From an uncultured Faecalibacterium sp. (GTDB taxonomy: Bacteria; Bacillota; Clostridia; Christensenellales; CAG-917), in assembly GCA_964495385.1 (NCBI GenBank), contig CAZBVO010000005.1:252-64251 (forward strand): a stretch of DNA of 64,000 bases. The letters are read 5' to 3'. A program made the position numbers and the translations under genes. Shown here one piece after another: positions 31,101 to 40,100 of this stretch; the first letter of the stretch is position 1, and each line of letters begins with the position of its first letter. Under the pieces are notes generated by a model. It worked only from the letters and a program-made list of their open reading frames with translations, was not told the origin of the DNA and searched no databases.

Positions 31101-34100
31101 ACACCTACGGCACGCAGGTTGCGGTTTACGATGCGGAAGGCAACTACGTAATCGAAAACTACGACAGCACTTCGGCGGCGCATTTCGGCTTGCACCGTTA
31201 TGACTTCTACGTCTATTTGGGCGACGAATACGTCAAATACGATCCGACCAACCCGACGCACGCAAAACTTGACAAATACGTCTTTGTACAGCGCAACGGT
31301 CTCATCGAAGTCGACCTCAGCTTCTTCTCGAGCGAATTGGGAATTTACGTTCCTATGCCGACGGTAGGGCTTTCGGCGTTGAACTTCGACATCCCTGAAG
31401 ACGGCTGGCAGAGCATAACCGAAACTCACGGCATTCAAATCGGCCTCAACGGCACAATCGGTTTGAACACCAACAACATCAAAGATCTCACCGCAGGTCA
31501 GATTTTGGGCGGAATTTTGGGCGATCTCGACACCAAGGTTACCATCGACAAGATGGATATGAACCTCAGCTACGACATCGACTTGTACCTCGGCTTCAAG
31601 TATGATCTCGACGCAATGAGCTTCGACATTACGGCACTTGACCTGTCGTTGCGTCTCATCAGAGACAACGGCGATGCAGGTAAGACCGTACAAACCACCA
31701 TCATTTACGACGGTACTGCCGGCAAAGCATACGTCGACCTCGGCTTCCTCGGATTGCCAAAACTTTCCGTGGACGGTTTGAAGATTTCCGACCTGCTTGA
31801 AATGATTATGGGCGGCGAAGACGACGTATCGGAAGATCCGTCCGGGGCTATGGCAACGGATGGCGACAGCATGGATCACTCGGCAACTTCCGACGTGTTC
31901 AGCGACGTAGCGTCCGTAGTGATGCTTTTGAAAAACAACTTCCTCAGCGTAGGTTTGAGCGGCAAACTTATAGTTTCGCTTGTTCAGCTTATCGCAGGCG
32001 AGGAATTGGGAAACACCATAGCTGGCTATCTGCCGAACCTCGGCGTAGAAGTGCGCTTGCAATTGCACCCGTTCATTATGGGTCTGTTTATTCAGCTGCA
32101 AGATGCCGACTGCAACAAAGTGGTTGACCTCTATCTCACCTTCAACGGTTTCGACTTTGACGAAAACGGTTTCGAAGGCGGCAGCGACATAAAGATTTAC
32201 GATACCGAAGATTACAACGGCGAATTGGTCAACATCGATCCGTCCGAATTCTCCAACCTGTTGACGGTCAACCTGGATGCGGACACCGACCTCGGCGAAA
32301 GCGCGGTTGAACTTACGCTGGACACTTTGAGCCTTGCGGCGGAACTTAACCTCGGCCTTGTGGCGTTCGAGGACGTTAAGGACTGGGCAAAAGCATTCGA
32401 GCCTTTGTTCGGCATCGGCGAAGAAGAGATGCAAATGATCATTGCAACTCTCGAAGAAGACAGCGTAACCGACATCGGCATCAAAATCGAAGGCAACGTT
32501 GCTTTGGGCGGCTTGCTCAGCACTCCTATGAGCTTGGCAGGCACCGAAATCCGCATCACCTTGTCGCTGGAAACCACGTCCGGCAGCTCGGCGTTGAAGG
32601 GCAGCAACATCGTTATCACCGTAATCGGTGAAGAAGCCAACGGCAAAGCCGGCATCTACATCGATTTGTCTAACTACCGCAACCTCGGCAAACTTAAATT
32701 GGAACTTGACCTTGCAGGCTTGTTGGGCGGCATCGGCAGCGGAAGCGCAATCGCTTCGGCCGAAGGCACCAACTACGGACTGTTGGGCGAAGACATCTTC
32801 AACGTTTTGAACGGTATCCTCGGCGAAATCAAACTTTCCGAAGGTACAATCAGCGTAAACCTCTCCGAAGACCTGTTCGGACGTATCTTCGATATGTTGC
32901 TTGCAAACAACCCTAACTTCGCAGGCATCGATTACGAAGATATGCCTAAGGTGTCCGGCGGTTTGTCCATCGATATCTTCACCTTGACGATAAAGGTTAC
33001 CCTCGTTGTTCAGGAAACCATGAGCGTCGAGCTTAAGTTGCACAACATCACTTTGGATACAAAACCTATCGAAGAAGTTGTTGACAGCGGCAGTATGGCT
33101 CCTGCCACGGCGGCGGAATTTAAGGATATCTTCAAGACTTCGCTTGAAATTCAGCTTTTGGGCAGCTTGGGCTACACTTTGAACGCAACCGGAAAACCGG
33201 CGGCGGATTTGTCGGAGATCTTCACTCTTATTCAAAACGATTCCGGCATGTCGTTGTTGCAGAACCCGTTGGTTGAAATCGACGTTGCAAACAACGTTGA
33301 TATGCACCACGTCGTAAACACTTACGTCTACGTTGACTTGGCCGACTTCAACAAATTGAAGATTGCTCTTGAAATTTACAAAGACGTTGACGACATGACC
33401 AACGGCACGGGCGCCGCAATAGCTGCTTACGTTGACGGCAAAGATATTTACGTTGACGTGTCCGCATTGGGCATCCCTAAACTCAGAATCGCCAACATCA
33501 ACCTCGGCGACATCATCAACGACGCACTTGCAAGCACAGGTTTGTTTACCGCATCCGACGGCAGTGCCGAATACGATATGGGACAAAGCTGGGGCAACCT
33601 GCTGTTTGGCGACAGCGGCAACATCACGGCATATCTTGCACTCGTGTTCGCACCTGAACGCTTTGCAGTGGGCATCAACATGTCCATGATCGACGCAATC
33701 ATCAAGGTTGTGCAGAGAAGCCAGGGACAAGACGTTGACTTTACCGAAAATCTGCTTCCTGATTTCGGCGAAGCAAGCCTTAGCATCGACAGCAGAGAAT
33801 ACGTGCCTGTTTCGCAGGTGGGCAAGAACCAATTTGCCAACTACGACGAACAGTACGTCCGCACCGGCGTGAAGAACGCGGAAGAAAACCATAAGGAATA
33901 CACCTACACCCTTATCACTTCCGGCCTCGACAAGTCGGCGGCTTACCTCGAAACGAACTACAGAAGCGGCAAGTACTACGTCACCCTCAACGGCGTAGAC
34001 ACCGAAATCGATACTTCGTTCAACACGATTTACGTTAAATCGGGCAGCAAGTATAAAGCGGCTTCCGCAACTGAACTGGCAAGCGAAAGCACGGTTTACT

Positions 34101-37100
34101 ACGTTGCAAAATACATCAAACTCAACAACTCGCCTCGTCCTGCACTCACTTTGAAACTGAGCGACGACTTCTACGGCGTGTTGCAACTTGACGACTTTGT
34201 TTTGAGCGTCAACGACAGCGTACAAAACAACCTCGCAAACCATCCGCACTACAAGTCCACCGACGACCTGTTTGCCGACAACGTTTACAGCGCAACCGAC
34301 TTCCAGACGGTATACGATCTCGCAACGGGCGAAATCGGCGTTGAAAAACTTGCCATCGGCGCAACGCTCGAGTTCACTCTCGGCACGGTTACGGGTGCAA
34401 ACGATTCCACCAGCACGGCTTATGCAAACACCTTGCAGAACTATCTGTCGGTGCTTATCGGCTCGTTGCTTGTTCCGGGCACCATGGACGAAAGCTTCAG
34501 CTTGTATGCAAGCAAGAACGAACAACTCAAAAACTACCTCGTTACCGCGGCGGCGGGCGCAGACGTGTCGTACGACGTGACCTTGAAGATCGTCATCGAC
34601 GTTCCTTCCGTAATAACCGACGGCATCATAAGCATCACCGGTTTGTTGAAGTCGGAAATCAGCGTCGAGATGCACATCACCAGCTACGGCAACGTCAAAA
34701 AACTTGTTCTCGGCCTGTATAAGGTTGCAGACGACGACGCCGTTTACGCCGATCTGTCCGGCCTCGGCCTGCCAAAGATCAAACTGTTTGGCCTCAACGA
34801 TTTGTTGGGCGGCCTCAGCATCGACCTCGGCGGACTGTTGGGTTCGGCAATGGCCACGGCAGAAGACGATTCGCAGGTTGCCGAAAAGGCTCGCATCACG
34901 CTTACGCTTGACGAAGGCCTTATCGAATTAAGCCTCGAACCGGAAGCAATTTATCAAATCATGAACTACGCCGGCACTCAAGTTTACGATGCAGACGAGT
35001 ACAGCCCGTACAAGTACGTCGTAACGCAAGACAGAAACGGCTACTTCAAACGTATCCCTATGCCTGATGCTCAGTCGGCAACCGTGTCGCTGAACATTTT
35101 GGACAAATTGGAATCGATAGAAGTAAACGTTGTCGTCGACTCGTACGGCTCCAACCTGTATCTTGCTCTGAAGGATCTCACCCTCACCACCGACGCTGAG
35201 GACTTCATTCAGGAAAGAGAACTACCTGACGAAACCGAACGTGAAAACTACGGTGCAATCTACCTTGCTTCGGGCGGCGAAATGAACTTGCGCAACATCC
35301 TGTCCAGCGTTTTGGAAGCACACGATTTGGATATGCAAATCGGTTTGTTGCACAACGTTTCCAGAAAGTACGACGGCAAAGTCAATGCCAAAGTAGGCGA
35401 CAGCACTAAGGTTCGCGCAAGAACCCTCATCAACATTCAAACGACCGGCGCAAGCACCGTAACCGAAACGACGGAAGGCGGAACCAAGCTGGGAAGCAAC
35501 GTTTTGCTTGTAAACCTCGACATCTACCTGCCAAAAGCAGGCAGCGGAAAGGAACAAAAGAACGTTGTTGACATCTATCTGTACAACAACCAGATTGCAG
35601 GCGACCTGTCGGGCGCATTGCAAGGTTCCAGCTCGAACTTCTTGTACAACCTTATTTTGGGCTTCTTGACGGATCTGTCCTTCGGCGACTTGAACCTTGT
35701 CGATTTGATCCTCGACTTGGTGGGAGCTTCCAGTTCGGCATCTTCGGCGGTTGCTACGGCAGAAGAGGGCGCAACGGCAAGTTCGTTTGAAGTGTTCAGC
35801 AACCTTGACATCGGAACGCTTATTCAGGGCATCAAATTGGATTGGTGGAACGGTTACGACATCGACGCATCCAACGCGTTCATCAACGGAACCAGCTACA
35901 CCAACAGAAGCGATCGCTACACGACGGTTGAAATCGACCTTGATCTTTCGCTTTTCAACAAGATGTTTGCCGACCTCAACTACATCATCGACAGCGCAAT
36001 CCCTGGATTGCTCGGCGTTGACGAAAAATATCGCATTTTGTCTCCTGCACAATACGAGATATTCGACGGCCTTACCTACGAACAGAGGATCGAGTATCTT
36101 CTGACTGGTTCCGTAAAGGATGTCAGCGGATTGCCTGATGCAACCATCTACGGATTCGGCAACGGATTCTATGAAAACCTTATCGGCGCAATCGGCGGTA
36201 TGATCGGCTTCGATATCGGTGGCATCCTCGGCTTGCTCGGCACGGCAGAGGGCAACTTGAGAGGTATCGTCGAAGCATTGTTCCCGTTCCCTATCTTTGA
36301 CGAAGGCACCACTGCAAAAGCGGTAATCGTTTTGGATAAGGGCACAAAGAACAGCGAAAGCATGGCGCTTGTTTCCACAATCGCAATTCTTCTCGGATGC
36401 GAACCGGGCGACACTGTTGACAAGATGGGAACGATGACCAACGGCACCAATGCCGGCCAGGCATTCGCACTTGTCATCAAAAACGGCAAAATCAACATCA
36501 AATCGGCCAAGAGCTGGGATTGGTACAACGCTTCCGAAAAGGCTACCGGCACCAACCTCATCTCTTCCAACGTAACTTACACCGTTATGGACGCTTTCGA
36601 TCCGTGGGAAATCAACGCATCCAGCTTGCACGACGAAGCTCGTTTGCCACAACACGTATACGTAACGTTCAACGACGGAACCAACACGCTTAACAGCGGT
36701 GCAAAAGACCTTGCAGGTACAAGCGTCATTTGGGATTCTTCCACCGTCGACCTGACGCCGGGCGCAACCAGCTATATGTACGGCTACGCAGGCAACGTCA
36801 ACGTCGGCAAGGTCAAAGTTGAGGTTTCAAACCTCACCGCTTACCAGAGTTTGTATGGCTATCTGGACGAAAACGGTCAGTTTGTAAGGTCCACTAAACT
36901 TCACATCGACCCGCTGGGAGTTGCTTCCGGCAGCGTCAAGAAGTTGCCTTCGACAATAGTCATATTGCTCAACAATAGCACTTTCCAAGTTCTGTCCACC
37001 GACTACGACGAAAAGAATCTGCCTACGGTTCCTGATACTATAGCCGCAAAAGCTAAGTACGGCAAACTGCATTGGAAGACCGACATCGACGTACTGGACG

Positions 37101-40100
37101 GCCTTGACGGCGATTACGACAACTTCGAATTCTGGTACACCGTTGCAGGCAGCAGCAGAATTCACAAATCGCTCACCGTAACCCACTACGACCGCACGGT
37201 CGCAAGCGTAACGCTTCCGGACGAAGAGCGCTTCAATATGCTCACCGACGGCACGGGCGACGTCCTGTCGTTGACGGAAGAAACCTACGACGTCGTCGCA
37301 AACTTCGAATCGCTTAAAGAAATCGAAGTAACCTTCACCACCGGTGAAAAAGCTACGCTCAGCGTCGAATGGGATTTGACCAAGCTGAAGAGAAGCTACG
37401 ACAAAGAAAAGGCTTACCTCGGTTTGGATGCGGAAGTTACGGCGAAAGTCGGAGTCAAAGAGGGCGTTGAACAACGCATCAACATTCCTCTGCACCTCGA
37501 CAAGAAGGTTGTTGACCGCATAACTCCGGACAGCGTAACGGGCAAGACACCTACCTTCAGTTTCAACCCGTATGACGAATACGTTGGCGACAGCATCTCG
37601 CTGACCGACGGCAATTTGCTTGACGTTGAACTGTTTGTAGGCTCGGCTACCACCACCGCAACCACTCGTGTTGCAACCACGTTGGTTCTGCCGGCACGCA
37701 ACAAAGTCGACCTCGGTTATGAAGGAACCACCAGCTTCATCGCAACCGTTCAAATCGGCGGTGTGTTTGCGGCAGACGGAACGGTTCTCAGCAAACCGCA
37801 AAAAGCAAACGTGCGCGTAAACGTTTTGGATAAGACGGTCAAAAACGTCAACGTTCAGTTTAACGACGGCGCAGTTTGGAAGCTCGCTTCGATATCTCAC
37901 GGCCAGGCCATCGACCTTACCGGATACGTTGCGAACAGCACCGGCGTAACCTTCACCGACGGCACTGTCGGCACCATGAGAGTGGTTGAGGTTATGCTCA
38001 AACAAAATCAAACAATCACCAACAACGGCGGCAACGTGCAGGCAACCGTTAAGGTATGTGGCGTAAGCGACACCGACCTTAGCAACTTGCAGACCATCGA
38101 CACCGTCATAATGCTCCCGAGAAACCAAGCCAGAACCGTTTACGTCGACAAGGCAACCTATGCCGCGGACGGAATGCTTCTGGTTGAGTACACCAAGGGC
38201 GGCAAGAAGAACGATTATACCGCACAATACGCACTTAACGTTCCTGGTTTGGCGGCAGAAATAGCCGATAAGAACGAAGGCGACGTTATCACCGTTGACG
38301 GCGGCATCAAGATTGGCAGCGAAACCGTGTTCAGCGTTACCGTCATTGACGGTGGCGCAGGCGGAGCGGCCGCGTCGGCAGAGGACGAATATGTCGCTCA
38401 GGTATACAGCATACCGGGTGCGGTTGCTTCCTCGGACGACACGATCACGGTTGACGGCGACCTCGAAGTGTTGGAAATTTTGGACGCAGACGCTCTCAGC
38501 ATCGTTTGCGATCCGATGTCCGACAGCGAGATTAAATATCCGACCAACGTTCGTATCCGTGTGAGAATTGACGGGCAAGAGCAGATCGTGCTTGCCACGG
38601 CCGAATTCTTCTCGATTTACGGCAACGTCAACAACCCTGTAACTTCGCTTCCGTTCGTCACCGAAGAAGTTGAAAGCGCAAGCGGCAACGTTTATCAGAA
38701 TCCTCAATACGAAGGCGGCAACTACGACAATGCGCTTGTAAGGTTCTGGTACGGCGGCAAGAGTGCAATCGTCAACGTTCCTCTGTTTGTTTTGAACAGA
38801 GTTGTCGTCAACGACGATATGCAAGCGCAGTTCGTTGTGGTCAATCCGTACGAATACGATTGCGATCCTGCATCCCCTAACTTCAGCCTCGAAAGGTACG
38901 TTATGGTTACCTTCGAGTCCGGAGAGGTGAAAAAATATCCTATCTCTTGGGAAAATCTCGACGTCGAGTACCTTGCTTCCGAAGGCAAAACCTTCACCGC
39001 AACGGCTACCTACGGCGAAGGCATGGGATATTTCAAAAAAGACATCACGGTTATCATTTATTCCTATCTGCCGTCTGTCGAAAAGCTGTCGGCAGTGCAG
39101 AAAATTTTGGACGAGGCCTCATTCCTTGCTTATCCGGATGCGAACGATTCGTCCACCGATGCCATGAACGTTGCAAACTATCCTGCAACCACCACGGTTA
39201 CAATCGGCAAAACCAAAACTACGCTTCAACTCAGATGGGACCTTTCGAACATCCACTATACCTACGAGGGCGGAACGTTTGAAGTTCCTTGCAAAGTAGG
39301 GCAGGCAGGTTTCGGCGAGACCGAAGTTAAGTTCTCGGTGACGGTCAAACCTTGCTTGGTTGTCTCGGACGACATCCAATCGAGGCTGACTTCCTTGGAA
39401 GATTTTAAGGATTTTGCAACGGGACTCAACATGCTTGACGTCGGCTACGAAGCTCCGGCAATTTCGGAGTGCCGAGTCGACTTCGACGGCATGGAAACCG
39501 TTACCGAAAAAATCACTTGGGATATGTCCGAGGTCAAGAAAGGCCTTTCCGGTGCGGCTACGCCGATTGGAGGAGTTTATACCTTCACGGTTTATGCGAT
39601 AATCAGAAACAAGGAGTTTGCCGGTCCGCAAAAAATTCCGTTTACATTCAAATATTACGATTACGAAGTTGCGGACGTTTCAAAAGTTTCGGGCTCGCAC
39701 TCCGACATATTCGACACGGCTACGGTAATCGATCCGTACAACGTAACTCCGCTGTCGTTCCCGTCCACCGTTTACGTCAAATTTAAACGCGCGGGCACCA
39801 GCGTCGAAACCGATTACTACGCATTCTCGACCACCAACGCAACCTACAACCTTGTTTGGGATAAGTCGGGCTACAACATCAAATACAACAGCAATTCCTG
39901 CAAGGTAGTGGCAAAACTCAGCCGTTCGGGCTTGGGATTTGAAAAAGCGTTTGACTTTACTGTTAAAAACAGATATGCGGCAAGGTTCAAATTCGCCGAT
40001 TCTGAAACTGTGTACTACGTCCGAGACGGCGTCATCTACACCGATAAGGATTGCCTGCAAAAATACGTTTTGGTTGTCGATGCTTACGGAAACTACTCGG

